NCBI GenBank assembly: GCA_964551625.1
Contig: CAZKDW010000001.1
Coordinates: 13,115 to 40,823 of the forward strand
Origin: an uncultured Thermotogae bacterium
GTDB lineage: Bacteria > Bipolaricaulota > Bipolaricaulia > UBA7950 > UBA9294
Length of the DNA: 27,709 nucleotides
Direction of reading: 5' to 3'
The notes under the pieces were generated by a model, which did no database searches, had not been told where the DNA came from, and was given only the letters and a program-made list of their open reading frames with translations. The position numbers and the translations under genes are program-made. The stretch's first letter is position 1; each line of letters starts with the position of its first letter. Below, in pieces: positions 1-8,967 of the stretch.

Positions 1-1009
1 CATCCGCATCGCGAGCAGCTTCTACACTAAGCGTCTCCTCTGTAAGCGGCTCCTCACGGGGTGCTTCCAGCTCGCGAAACCTGCCGATGGCTCGATAACG
101 TTCGAATCTTGTGGACAGCAGTTTCTCGATATCTAGAGATTCCAGATCCTCCAAGAAGCCAATCAAACTGCCGCTCAAAGCTTGGATAGTCTGATCGAAA
201 TCCTTATGTGCCCCCCCAAGGGGTTCAGCAATCACGGCATCGATCAATCCCAACTCAGACAGATGTTCGGCCGTAAGATTCAACGCTGCTGCTGCTTCGG
301 CGCTCTTACCCTTCTCTTTCCACAAGATAGCGGCAGCCCCTTCAGGTGTAATCACAGAATAAACCGCGTTCTCTAGCATCAGCACGCGGTCCGCCAAGGC
401 GATAGCCAAGGCTCCACCTGATCCACCTTCACCGATAACAACGGACAGAATGGGCGTTTTTAATTGGCACATCGTAAGCAGGCTCTCGGCAATTGCGCCA
501 CCAATGTTCGCTTCTTCAGACTCCACGCCAGGATAGGCGCCCGGTGTGTCAACGAATGTAATCACGGGAAACCCGAAGCGTTCGGCCATCTTCATCGCGC
601 GAACAGCTTTCCGGTACCCTTGTGGGCGTGTCATGCCAAAGAACCGTTCCTGATTCTCTTCTGTCGATCGTCCCTTTTGCTGAGCTACAAGCATGACAGT
701 TCGGCCTTTGAACTGTGCCAATCCAGTAAGCAACGCTCGATCATCACCGATCATTCGATCCCCATGCAGTTCATAGAATCCTTCAAACATGGACTCGATA
801 TAGTCCAATGAATAAGGCCTCTTCGGATTGCGTGCAATTTTCACGCGCTCCCAATCCGAGAGATTGGAGTAGAGCTCCATCCGCAATGAGGTTAGTTTGG
901 TTTCAAGCTTAGCGATTTCTCCAGACAGGTCGATGCCATCGATCGAATCAAGCTGCCTCAATTCTTCAATCTTCGTCTCTAGCAGATCTAAGGTTCGCTC
1001 GTCGCTCAT
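1..1009 (-). CDS. accA: Acetyl-CoA carboxylase carboxyltransferase alpha subunit (3'-truncated by the window edge)
   Basis: Not in the ORF track because no stop lies in the window. Manual translation from ATG 1009: MSDERTLDLLETKIEELR...ELHGDRMIGDD...FGMTRPQGYRKAVRAMKMAERFGFPVITFVDTPGAYPG...IGEGGSGGALA...YSVITPEGAAAILWK. The frame stays open to position 1. ATGA overlap with the accD stop. Confidence 0.96.
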   Translation of the reverse strand, partial: MSDERTLDLLETKIEELRQLDSIDGIDLSGEIAKLETKLTSLRMELYSNLSDWERVKIARNPKRPYSLDYIESMFEGFYELHGDRMIGDDRALLTGLAQFKGRTVMLVAQQKGRSTEENQERFFGMTRPQGYRKAVRAMKMAERFGFPVITFVDTPGAYPGVESEEANIGGAIAESLLTMCQLKTPILSVVIGEGGSGGALAIALADRVLMLENAVYSVITPEGAAAILWKEKGKSAEAAAALNLTAEHLSELGLIDAVIAEPLGGAHKDFDQTIQALSGSLIGFLEDLESLDIEKLLSTRFERYRAIGRFRELEAPREEPLTEETLSVEAARDAD

Positions 1010-1848
1010 GCTACCTCCACAAAGAACCCGAGCAGCGAGGCTAGCTCCTCTCGCATCTGTGCCCGTTGCACAACGCGGTCGATGGCTCCATGTTCAAAGG
1101 CAAACTGGTCCGTTTGATAGTTGGCTGGTAACTCCTGGGCAATTGTGTACTGAATCACGCGACGTCCTGCGAATCCAATCATCGCTCCACGTTCAGCAAT
1201 GATGACATCGCCCAAACTGGCAATCGATGCCTGCACGCCGCCAGAAGTAGGGTAGGTCATGATTGAGATGAACGGCAAGCCTGCTTCTGCCAGCTTCGCT
1301 CGAACTGCCGTTGTCTTCGCCATCTGCATCAGCGAGAAGAGTCCTTCCTGCAATCGCGCGCCGCCAGAAGAGGATACGAGAATAAACGGACTTCGATCAT
1401 GGATCGCCGTTTCCATGCCATGGCAAATCTGCTCGCCCATAACTGACCCCATACTCCCACCAATGAATCGGAAGTCCATGACACCGAGGATCACGGGAAT
1501 AGCGTGGACAGTTGCGCGGCCTACAACAATCGCATCAGGCAAGCCAGTCACGCCTTGCGCCTGCTCTACCCGGTCCTTATACAGCTTTAGATCTGCGAAT
1601 TCTAGCGGGTCAGAGGCCTCGATACTCTTCGAAATATTGTCAAAGCTGTCTTCATCCACCAACATCTCAATGCGCTCTTCCACAGTGAGGAAGAAGTACT
1701 CCCCACAACTGGGACAGACATTGTTGTTTTCCCGCACGCGGCGCTTAAAGATCAACTCGCCGCAAGCCTTGCACTTCATCCACAAGCTATCATCTGGTAC
1801 CGTGTCTACATTGACACGGAGATACTTTTTGTCTTTGAAGATTGACAT
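1006..1848 (-). CDS. accD: Acetyl-CoA carboxylase carboxyltransferase beta subunit with C4 zinc finger
   Basis: WMKCKACG...VCPSCG zinc ribbon, MDFRFIGGSMGSVMGE, SSGGARLQEG, PTSGGVQAS, GFAGRRVI. ATG 1848 (TTG 1851 is an alternative start). Coupled to accA. Confidence 0.96.
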   Translation of the reverse strand: MSIFKDKKYLRVNVDTVPDDSLWMKCKACGELIFKRRVRENNNVCPSCGEYFFLTVEERIEMLVDEDSFDNISKSIEASDPLEFADLKLYKDRVEQAQGVTGLPDAIVVGRATVHAIPVILGVMDFRFIGGSMGSVMGEQICHGMETAIHDRSPFILVSSSGGARLQEGLFSLMQMAKTTAVRAKLAEAGLPFISIMTYPTSGGVQASIASLGDVIIAERGAMIGFAGRRVIQYTIAQELPANYQTDQFAFEHGAIDRVVQRAQMREELASLLGFFVEVA

Positions 1849-1861
1849 CAATTCACCGCCT

Positions 1862-2548
1862 CTACTGACGCTTCCTGAAAGGAGTCATCCAGGAGCGTTT
1901 CTCTTTATCCCCAGAGATCTGAGTCGTCTTGAGGGAATCGGGAAGCACCGAGCCACTTGATACGACCATGGACAAGGCATCTTCCACTGGCATGTCAACA
2001 TAGGTCAACAGTCGTTTAGGAATAATCAGCATATATCCTGACAGCGGATTTGGAGCCGTCGGTGTATAAACGAGCACGCAGTCCTCATCGGTTGCGTCTT
2101 GAAGCTTGCCCAGGTCTTCGTTGGTCACCAAACCCAACACGTTGATACCCTCTTTCGGATACTCAAACATCACGACCTGCTGAAAGGAGGATGTGGACGA
2201 TCGGTTCAACAGTGCACTCGTAAATTGCTTCAGGGTTATGTACATCTTTCGCACGCCGGGGAACCAAAAGAAGATTCGTTCGAAGTAGTAATGAACACCG
2301 CGCCCGAGAACGCTGCGTACGATGAACCCAATCAGAAGGATCAACAAGAGCGTCATAATGATCCCGAGACCAGGAATCCAGCTGCCCAGAGCCCTCTCAA
2401 TGGTGGAACCGAATGGCGTATTCTTGCCCACAAAACTGTCGATCATTCGATACAGCAGCAGCAGGATGTAGACCGTTGCTCCCACAGGCAGGATAGCCAG
2501 CAAGCCGCTGACAAAGATGGTTCTCAGCCAAAGCAAGAATTTCTTCAT
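1862..2548 (-). CDS. DUF502-family membrane protein
   Basis: Two N-terminal hydrophobic helices, then VVMFEYPKEG...GLVT and VYTPTAPNPLSGY...VEDALSMVVSSG, typical of DUF502. GAGGAGG RBS upstream of the ATG. Confidence 0.85.
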   Translation of the reverse strand: MKKFLLWLRTIFVSGLLAILPVGATVYILLLLYRMIDSFVGKNTPFGSTIERALGSWIPGLGIIMTLLLILLIGFIVRSVLGRGVHYYFERIFFWFPGVRKMYITLKQFTSALLNRSSTSSFQQVVMFEYPKEGINVLGLVTNEDLGKLQDATDEDCVLVYTPTAPNPLSGYMLIIPKRLLTYVDMPVEDALSMVVSSGSVLPDSLKTTQISGDKEKRSWMTPFRKRQ

Positions 2549-2570
2549 ACCCGCCTCCTCTTAGTGAGCC

Positions 2571-2599
2571 TCGAATGGATCGGATTCAAGAAGTATAGT
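2571..2599 (+). promoter_or_regulatory. Possible sigma70-type promoter for the lytic transglycosylase gene
   Basis: TCGAAT (2571-2576) N17 TATAGT (2594-2599) in the 75-bp divergent gap. The -35 match is weak. Confidence 0.3.
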
Positions 2600-2623
2600 G
2601 GATTCGGCGTATCATAGAGGATC

Positions 2624-3196
2624 ATGTCCGTTGCCGCACGTTCGCATCGATGGAAGTCCCGTTCTTTTATAGGTTTCGTCTGTGTTCTGGCGCTTCTCTA
2701 CGTGGGCCTCACGGGGCTCCGCTATTTCTTCCCTCTGGAATACCGCGACGCGATTCTCGAGTGGAGCGATACCTACGATCTCGATCCAGCGTGGGTTGCG
2801 TCCATCATTCGTTTCGAGAGCCGATTCCAGCCGAATGCTATGTCTCGGGCTGGCGCCGTCGGGTTGATGCAGATCATGCCGGAGACCGGCGCCTGGATCG
2901 CCAAGCAATTGGATCTCGGCACGTACTCGCAAGATCAATTGACAGATCCGGCGATCAACATACAGCTAGGAACGTGGTATCTCCGCTACCTTCTCCATCG
3001 ATTCTCCGCGCCTGACTCTGCCTTGATGGCATACAATGCGGGTCCCTCGCGCGCCGAGGCATGGCTTGCCAGTGAAGCGGATCCATTCCCGGAAACCGTC
3101 GCGTATGTCAAGCGGGTAGGCAAGTGGCTTTCCGTCTATCGACTCCTCTTTCGCGTCCCTTGGCTTTATCGGATACCGCCTCGGATCTCCATCTGA
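2624..3196 (+). CDS. Membrane-anchored lytic transglycosylase (SLT domain)
   Basis: N-terminal TM segment, then IIRFES (catalytic Glu), GAVGLMQIMPET, NIQLGTWYL and AYNAG motifs. Confidence 0.92.
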   Translation: MSVAARSHRWKSRSFIGFVCVLALLYVGLTGLRYFFPLEYRDAILEWSDTYDLDPAWVASIIRFESRFQPNAMSRAGAVGLMQIMPETGAWIAKQLDLGTYSQDQLTDPAINIQLGTWYLRYLLHRFSAPDSALMAYNAGPSRAEAWLASEADPFPETVAYVKRVGKWLSVYRLLFRVPWLYRIPPRISI

Positions 3197-3236
3197 GAAA
3201 CCCTTTCAGAAGGGGACTATCTGTACGATTCAAAAC

Positions 3237-4835
3237 CTAGACTTCTTCGTATAAACCCTTGATCGCCTTCTTGTCGATTTTCCCGGTCTCGGACCGTGGG
3301 ACACTGTCCACGATCACGATCTTCCGAGGCTTCTTGAACGACGCAAGACGTGAGCCCACGTATTCGAGAATCTCATCTTCGGTGATTGTCTCACCCGGTT
3401 TGGGGACGATAATCGCCTTGGGGGTCTGTCCCCATTGTGGATGGCTTCCTCTCACGACGACTACGTCACTCACTTTCTCATAGCTGAAGATCACACGCTC
3501 GATTTCAGAGGGATAGATGTTTTCTCCACCACTGACGATCATGTCGTCGGTGCGACCGAGAACGTAAAAGTATCCGTCTTCGTCAGCCTTGCCAAGATCT
3601 CCGGTAAAAATCCAATCCCCACGGAACTTCTTCGCTTCATCCTCAGGACGATTCCAATAGCCAGCTGCCCCGGTGGGCTCGCGTCGGATGATAATCTCAC
3701 CACACTCACCCGCAACGACTTCTGCTCCGTGCTCATCGACAATCCTCACCTCAACGAATGCTGGCGGTTTGCCCATACACTCACTCGCCTTGCTGAGAGT
3801 TGGATCCTCAGGTGATGACGCTGGCCAGTTGAATCCAGTTGCTCCGGTCTCAGTCAATCCATAGCCACTCACGTAGGTAATCCCTTGATCAATGAACGCT
3901 TGCTTGAGCTCGGCTGGTTGCGGTTCACCACCACCGTTAACTGCTCTAAGGGATCCAACATACCCCTCCCAACCAACCGTTTGCACCATCATCTTGAGCT
4001 GTGTGGCAATCCCGAAGTGGTAGGTCACACCATATCGCTCGATGAGCTCAAGCGCTTCCTGCGCTGACCACCGCGGCTCCAGAACGATTGAGCCGTTAAT
4101 CATGAGCATGTAGAGCTGGAAACACGTCAACCCACCAGCATGGAACATCGGCGGCGCGCCAAGATAAACATCGTCTCGCGTCAGCGAAGCTGAGATGCCA
4201 TTCGACAAGCAAGCAAAGAAGGTACTTCTGTGCGTTAGCTTGACGCCTTTGGGACGCCCGGTTGTTCCCGCGGTGAACAGGATCATGCTCGTCTCGTCAG
4301 GCGCTGTGATACAGCCCGGCTCTTCTTCGGGAAGCCCACTCAGCAGATCCTCGTAGGCTTTTGAGCCATCCAATTGCTGCACTCCAACTTCTACCAGCGT
4401 GCGCAATCCACTATTCAGCGAGACGATCTCCTGAACCTTCTGTGCATACTCGGAGTCGAAAACTAGAATTGTCGAGCCCATATCGTCGATCAGAAACAAG
4501 ATCTCCTCAACTGAGAAGCGGAAGTTCGCCGGAGTAAATACTGCCCCGATCTTGAGGCATGCATATAGAACCTCTAGCGTCTCTGAGCGATTTGGCATCA
4601 GCACGAAAACACGGTCACCCTTCTCAACGCCCTGAGACATCAGTGCATGGGCAAGGCGATTAACGCGGCGGTTGAGATCTTGATACGAGACTCGTTCATT
4701 GCCAACTCGACTGGTATCGATCACTGCAGTCCGATCGGGGAATCCTGACTGCGAGGCGTTTCGCGCCAGGATATTCCCGAGGTTATACACCGTATCCTGC
4801 GAGGGATAGACCGTGCCACCCATTGCTGTACCCAT
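3237..4835 (-). CDS. Acyl-CoA ligase (AMP-forming; fatty-acyl-CoA/MenE-like ANL family)
   Basis: ILFTAGTTGRPKG P-loop, YGLTETG, TGDLG, GRTDDMIVSGGENIYPSEIE, PRSETGKI. ATG 4835 is best spaced from AAAGGAG; GTG 4841 is an alternative start. Confidence 0.93.
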   Translation of the reverse strand: MGTAMGGTVYPSQDTVYNLGNILARNASQSGFPDRTAVIDTSRVGNERVSYQDLNRRVNRLAHALMSQGVEKGDRVFVLMPNRSETLEVLYACLKIGAVFTPANFRFSVEEILFLIDDMGSTILVFDSEYAQKVQEIVSLNSGLRTLVEVGVQQLDGSKAYEDLLSGLPEEEPGCITAPDETSMILFTAGTTGRPKGVKLTHRSTFFACLSNGISASLTRDDVYLGAPPMFHAGGLTCFQLYMLMINGSIVLEPRWSAQEALELIERYGVTYHFGIATQLKMMVQTVGWEGYVGSLRAVNGGGEPQPAELKQAFIDQGITYVSGYGLTETGATGFNWPASSPEDPTLSKASECMGKPPAFVEVRIVDEHGAEVVAGECGEIIIRREPTGAAGYWNRPEDEAKKFRGDWIFTGDLGKADEDGYFYVLGRTDDMIVSGGENIYPSEIERVIFSYEKVSDVVVVRGSHPQWGQTPKAIIVPKPGETITEDEILEYVGSRLASFKKPRKIVIVDSVPRSETGKIDKKAIKGLYEEV

Positions 4836-4868
4836 TCTCACGTCTCCTTTCTAGCAAGCGAATCCGGA

Positions 4869-5477
4869 TTATGCAATCGTTTCGTCCAGTGTCTTCTCTA
4901 GCAGCCAAGCAACGTTTTCTGCAAAACGTACCACCGTCTCAATGCCCTCTGTGTCCTTTGCAGCATCTCCGACTGAACGGGCAACTCCGATATTCCAATA
5001 GGTTGAACCGGGAACAATAAACTCATTAATGTTGAACCAGAGAAGAAGCTGTGCGAAGGCAAAATTCTGTCCCGCACGCCGGGCAACAGCAATCGGGCCA
5101 CCTATTTTGCGTGCAAACGGACGGGGAAGGCTGTGTGGGTGCCCGGCCATGCCTGGGAATCCTGCACGGACAAGCAACGACCACACATCCGGATGAACAG
5201 CGCTGTAGTGGACAGGTGAGCCAACGAGGATCGCATCTGCTACCAGCATCTTCTCGTAGATTTCGTGAAAGTCATCTCCCGCGACCTGGCATACCCTTGG
5301 GGTAGCGTTCCAGCAGGCATAGCACGCTTGGCAACTCTGAATCGTCTTATCGTGAAGTACCACCGATTCTGTGCGAATTCCCTTATCTCGCAACGTACCC
5401 ATCGCTACGTCGAGATACGCAGCGGAATTGCTGTCAAGCCGTGGACTTCCACAGATAGCCAGCGCCTGCCGACTCAT
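4869..5477 (-). CDS. Iron-sulfur flavoprotein (Isf; flavodoxin-like fold)
   Basis: GSPRLDSNS FMN loop, CQACYACWNATPRVC (CX2CX2CX7C), DAILVGSPVHY, VARRAG, PGSTYWN. Confidence 0.88.
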   Translation of the reverse strand: MSRQALAICGSPRLDSNSAAYLDVAMGTLRDKGIRTESVVLHDKTIQSCQACYACWNATPRVCQVAGDDFHEIYEKMLVADAILVGSPVHYSAVHPDVWSLLVRAGFPGMAGHPHSLPRPFARKIGGPIAVARRAGQNFAFAQLLLWFNINEFIVPGSTYWNIGVARSVGDAAKDTEGIETVVRFAENVAWLLEKTLDETIA

Positions 5478-5500
5478 TGTTCACTCCCTTCAATACCTGC

Positions 5501-6202
5501 TCAAAGCCCCAGATAGGCTCGCTTCACGTGCTCGTTGCCAAGCAGCTCGTCAGACGGTCCCTCAAGCACAACCTCACCTGTTTCAATCACATACCCGCGA
5601 TCGACGGCATGCAGGCTTTGCCGGACATTTTGCTCAGCCATCATGACTGACATCCGCTCACTGATGCTTCGCAATGTGTGGAATAGCTCCGTCACCAACG
5701 AAGGCTGAAGCCCAAGCGACGGCTCATCAAGAATAAGGAGCTTGGGCATGGACATTAGCGCACGGGCAATCGCCAGCATTCGCTGCTCCCCACCGCTCAA
5801 CGTCCCTGCGAGTTGCCGTGCACGGTCGTTCAGAATCGGGAACATCTCATACGCGGCATCAAGGGATTTCGCCATGTGCTTGTGTGCTGCCGGGATGTAG
5901 GCCGCGCCGGATTCTAGATTTGCACGAACCGACATGAACGGGAACAACTCGCGTTCTTGTGGCACCACAGCAATTCCAGCACGAATGATCTGATGCGTTG
6001 ACAGGCGAACCAGCGACGAGCCTTCGAAGCTAATTTCCCCACTCTTGGGTCGGACCAGCCCAACAATGGCATTAACCAATGTGGTCTTCCCCGCACCGTT
6101 TGGGCCGAATACGCCGACAGATTCATTTCCGATTTCCAACGACAGGTCTCGAAGGACGTGCGCCTTGCCGTAGTACTGATTAACCTTGGAAATGCTGAGC
6201 AT
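5501..6202 (-). CDS. livF: HAAT/Liv-type ABC transporter ATP-binding subunit
   Basis: GPNGAGKTT, LSGGEQRMLAIARALM, LILDEPSLGL, C-terminal AYLG. The symbol is a family label only; the substrate is not established. Confidence 0.93.
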   Translation of the reverse strand: MLSISKVNQYYGKAHVLRDLSLEIGNESVGVFGPNGAGKTTLVNAIVGLVRPKSGEISFEGSSLVRLSTHQIIRAGIAVVPQERELFPFMSVRANLESGAAYIPAAHKHMAKSLDAAYEMFPILNDRARQLAGTLSGGEQRMLAIARALMSMPKLLILDEPSLGLQPSLVTELFHTLRSISERMSVMMAEQNVRQSLHAVDRGYVIETGEVVLEGPSDELLGNEHVKRAYLGL

Positions 6203-6918
6203 TACTCCTCCTCTCCAAGATAGGCCGTGATCACTTGGGGGTCTGCAGACACGTCCGCATAGGGCCCCTCAGCGATAATCATCCCTCCATTTAAAACGAT
6301 GACTCTGTCTGTCAGCTCGCGGATGACGCTCATCACGTGCTCGACAACGCAAATAGCCACCCCTTGACCGCGAATCGCCTTAACAGATGAGACCATGTCC
6401 TTCGTCTCATCGCTATTCAAACCGGCCATCACTTCATCAAGGAAAAGTACGCTGGGACGAGAAGCTAAGGCACGCCCAATCTCAAGTTTTTTGATCTCAA
6501 GAACTGTGAGATTTGAAACATCTCGATCCATCTCACTCAGCTCAAGCAGTTCACCGATCTCATTAGCAATCCTACGCGCCTCACGCAAGCCAACTCGCTG
6601 TCCGAAGAGAGCGCCAACCATGATATTCTCCTGTGCGGTGAGATCCTCTAGAGGCTGAACTAGCTGAAACGTTCGCCCAATCCCCAAGCGACATCGAACA
6701 TAGGCAGGAGCCATAGTGATCTCCTTGCCGCTGAGGTAAATTCGACCCTCATTGGGCATGTATAGACCGGAAATGACATGGATGAGCGTCGTCTTGCCAG
6801 CGCCGTTCGGGCCGATAATCCCGAGGATTTCGTCCTCCCCCAAACTGAAGGTCACATCACTCAACGCCACCAGACCGCCGAAACGCCGCGTAAGAGATTC
6901 AGTCGTCAAGACAGCCAT
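6202..6918 (-). CDS. livG: HAAT/Liv-type ABC transporter ATP-binding subunit
   Basis: FGGLVAL, GPNGAGKTT, GIGRTFQ, LFLDEVMAGL, VVEHVM, VITAYLG. TAATG overlap with livF. GTG 6921 is an alternative start. Confidence 0.93.
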   Translation of the reverse strand: MAVLTTESLTRRFGGLVALSDVTFSLGEDEILGIIGPNGAGKTTLIHVISGLYMPNEGRIYLSGKEITMAPAYVRCRLGIGRTFQLVQPLEDLTAQENIMVGALFGQRVGLREARRIANEIGELLELSEMDRDVSNLTVLEIKKLEIGRALASRPSVLFLDEVMAGLNSDETKDMVSSVKAIRGQGVAICVVEHVMSVIRELTDRVIVLNGGMIIAEGPYADVSADPQVITAYLGEEE

Positions 6919-7018
6919 CACTCACACCCCCCATCATTACTCGCACTCAAGCGACACAGCAGCCATTGCGCTCCGATTTGTTCATTTTCTACCGCATATC
7001 TATTGGCTACGCCGACCA

Positions 7019-7954
7019 TCAGCTACCACGTCCCGATTGAAATTGGCGAACTCTCGCCCTCAATGCGCCCACGAATCCTTGCGGAAGGAACAGTGTCACC
7101 AAAACAATGATCCCGCCATAGACCAATAGATGTCCGTAGGGAATCTGCAGCTTTAAGTATTCGCCAAGAACGCCGAGAACGAGTGCTCCAACAACGGGTC
7201 CCCACGTGCTGTGAACGCCGCCAAGCAAAGCCATCGCCAGAGGAAGAAGCAGGAAGTTAGCATTGAAACTTCCCTCAGGAGATACAAATCCATAAACATG
7301 GGCGTAGGCTCCACCGGCTATTCCCTGAAGAACAGAGGTAACCGCGAACACGAACACGAGATACCAGAAGACATGAATGCCACTCGATTTGGCCACACGT
7401 TCGTCGTTACGGATCGAGGTCAAGGCAAGACGAATTCTAGTATGCTGGAACACTTCCGACATCCCAATCGCAAGAATAGCAACACCCAATGCGAGCCAAT
7501 AGACCTGCGTGGTATTCCCGTTGAAAACGCACGTCGGGAGCATCATCCCTTCTGGCCCGCCAGTTAAGCTAGGAATGTTGCGCACAACTACAGTAAAAAT
7601 GCTAGCAAGCGCAAGCGTGGTAATTGCGAAGTACATGCCTCGCAATCTTAGAACCGCCAGACCAACCAATAGAGCGACAACTCCCGCAAAGACACCTCCA
7701 AGCAGGATGCTAGTGATAGGATTGACACCCACATTGAGGAAGAGTAGCACGGCCGCATAGCTTCCCAATCCAAAAAAACCGGCTGTGCCGAAGCTGAGTT
7801 GTCCTGATCGAAGCAACATGTCCCAGCTCAGCGCTAGCGTCATGTAGATCAGCGTCGTGACAGCCACTTGCTGTGTATAAGCCCCCGAAACAAGCGGAAA
7901 TACCGCGGCCAACGCCGCCCCTAAAGCATAGCCAATATATCTTGAGTTCCTCAT
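7019..7954 (-). CDS. livM: HAAT/Liv-type ABC transporter permease
   Basis: GQLSFGTAGFFGLGSY, LRLRGMYFAITTL, LTGGPEG, multiple TM helices. Confidence 0.92.
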   Translation of the reverse strand: MRNSRYIGYALGAALAAVFPLVSGAYTQQVAVTTLIYMTLALSWDMLLRSGQLSFGTAGFFGLGSYAAVLLFLNVGVNPITSILLGGVFAGVVALLVGLAVLRLRGMYFAITTLALASIFTVVVRNIPSLTGGPEGMMLPTCVFNGNTTQVYWLALGVAILAIGMSEVFQHTRIRLALTSIRNDERVAKSSGIHVFWYLVFVFAVTSVLQGIAGGAYAHVYGFVSPEGSFNANFLLLPLAMALLGGVHSTWGPVVGALVLGVLGEYLKLQIPYGHLLVYGGIIVLVTLFLPQGFVGALRARVRQFQSGRGS

Positions 7955-8886
7955 ACCACGCGCCTCCGGTACGATCTCGTCATGATCACTGCGACCAGTA
8001 CAGCAAAGAACACGACGTCAGCCCAGCCGCCGTACCCCCGGAAGGACAGCACAAAGGCTTCTGCAATGCCTAGCGCGAAGCCTCCCCAGACAACGCCTGG
8101 CAGGTTGCCAATGCCTGCCATCGCGATCAAACAAAATGACTTCATTGTGAAGGGAGAGCCGACCGCCGGAAACACCGAATGTCGTGTGAGGAACAGGGCG
8201 CCAATCGCCCCTACCAACGCGATCGATATACTAAAAATTAACATGTACGTTCGATTCACGTCAATACCAACTAGCTTCGCTCCGCGCGGATTCTGGCCAA
8301 CTGCAAGCGCTGCTTTGCCTAGCCGCGTACGGCGCAAGAATAGAAGCAATCCAGCAAGCAGGACGAGCGCAGCGCCGGTATAGACAAACGCGTATGTGCC
8401 GAATCTCAATGAGCCGAGGCTTATGGACGAATACACGTAGCTCAGATGCGGTTTGAGAGGACGCGAGGTCCACATCAGGTTGGCAAACTGCGCCGCCATC
8501 ATGGCCAGTCCGAATGTCAGCAGTAGTTGATTCAGTTCCGGTGCCTTTAGAGCACGGCGGATTGTCAACAAGTAGGTAGCCGCTCCGATCAGCGCAAACA
8601 CTGCCAGCGCTGGAATAATCGCCACGAGTGGATCCAATCCCGTGTAAACGCCTAGCCAATAGGCAAAATAAGCTCCCAACATCATGAACTCACCATGAGC
8701 CAGGTTAATAATCCCCACAATCCCAAGAATCAGCGCCATTGGCAATGCAATAAGCGAGTACACGCCTCCACGCTGAATGCCCTCAATCAGCGCATATGGC
8801 TTCCAAACTGCCAACAGCACCAACACAATCATCGACACGAGGGCTGTCACATACCGTCTTTGTTGCAGCTTGCGAAGCAATGTCAT
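7951..8886 (-). CDS. livH: HAAT/Liv-type ABC transporter permease
   Basis: GIINLAHGEFMMLGAY, LLLTFGL, AVGQNPRGAKLVGID, AMAGIGNLPG. Start placed at ATG 8886 (GGGGTG RBS) because the longer track start runs through a hairpin. ATGA overlap with livM. Confidence 0.9.
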   Translation of the reverse strand: MTLLRKLQQRRYVTALVSMIVLVLLAVWKPYALIEGIQRGGVYSLIALPMALILGIVGIINLAHGEFMMLGAYFAYWLGVYTGLDPLVAIIPALAVFALIGAATYLLTIRRALKAPELNQLLLTFGLAMMAAQFANLMWTSRPLKPHLSYVYSSISLGSLRFGTYAFVYTGAALVLLAGLLLFLRRTRLGKAALAVGQNPRGAKLVGIDVNRTYMLIFSISIALVGAIGALFLTRHSVFPAVGSPFTMKSFCLIAMAGIGNLPGVVWGGFALGIAEAFVLSFRGYGGWADVVFFAVLVAVIMTRSYRRRVV

Positions 8887-8908
8887 GTCACCCCAATCCC
8901 TTGTTGCC

Positions 8909-8937
8909 GGACCGGCTCGGCAACGCCGAGCCGGTCC
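8909..8937 (-). other. Perfect 13-bp GC-rich stem-loop between the binding-protein and permease genes
   Basis: GGACCGGCTCGGC-AAC-GCCGAGCCGGTCC; no long U-tract follows on the sense strand. Confidence 0.8.
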
Positions 8938-8967
8938 ATGCATATCTAGCCCATATCGGGCGTTCTT

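Noticed and set aside
182-2617. Plus-strand ORFs over accA/accD/DUF502 (e.g. 464-811, 1259-1960, 2099-2617)
   Set aside because: Shadow frames of well-supported minus-strand genes, with no protein motifs.
3201-3214. CCCTT-TCAG-AAGGG hairpin between convergent genes
   Set aside because: A 5-bp stem is too weak to call a terminator.
6922-7018. 97-bp gap between livM and livG with a 12-codon ORF (MNKSERNGCCVA)
   Set aside because: No RBS, hairpin or operator copy; read-through of the livM TGA meets another stop after three codons.
8887-8943. N-terminal extension of livH
   Set aside because: Reads through the 13-bp hairpin; the sequence is not membrane-protein-like and ATG 8886 has its own RBS.
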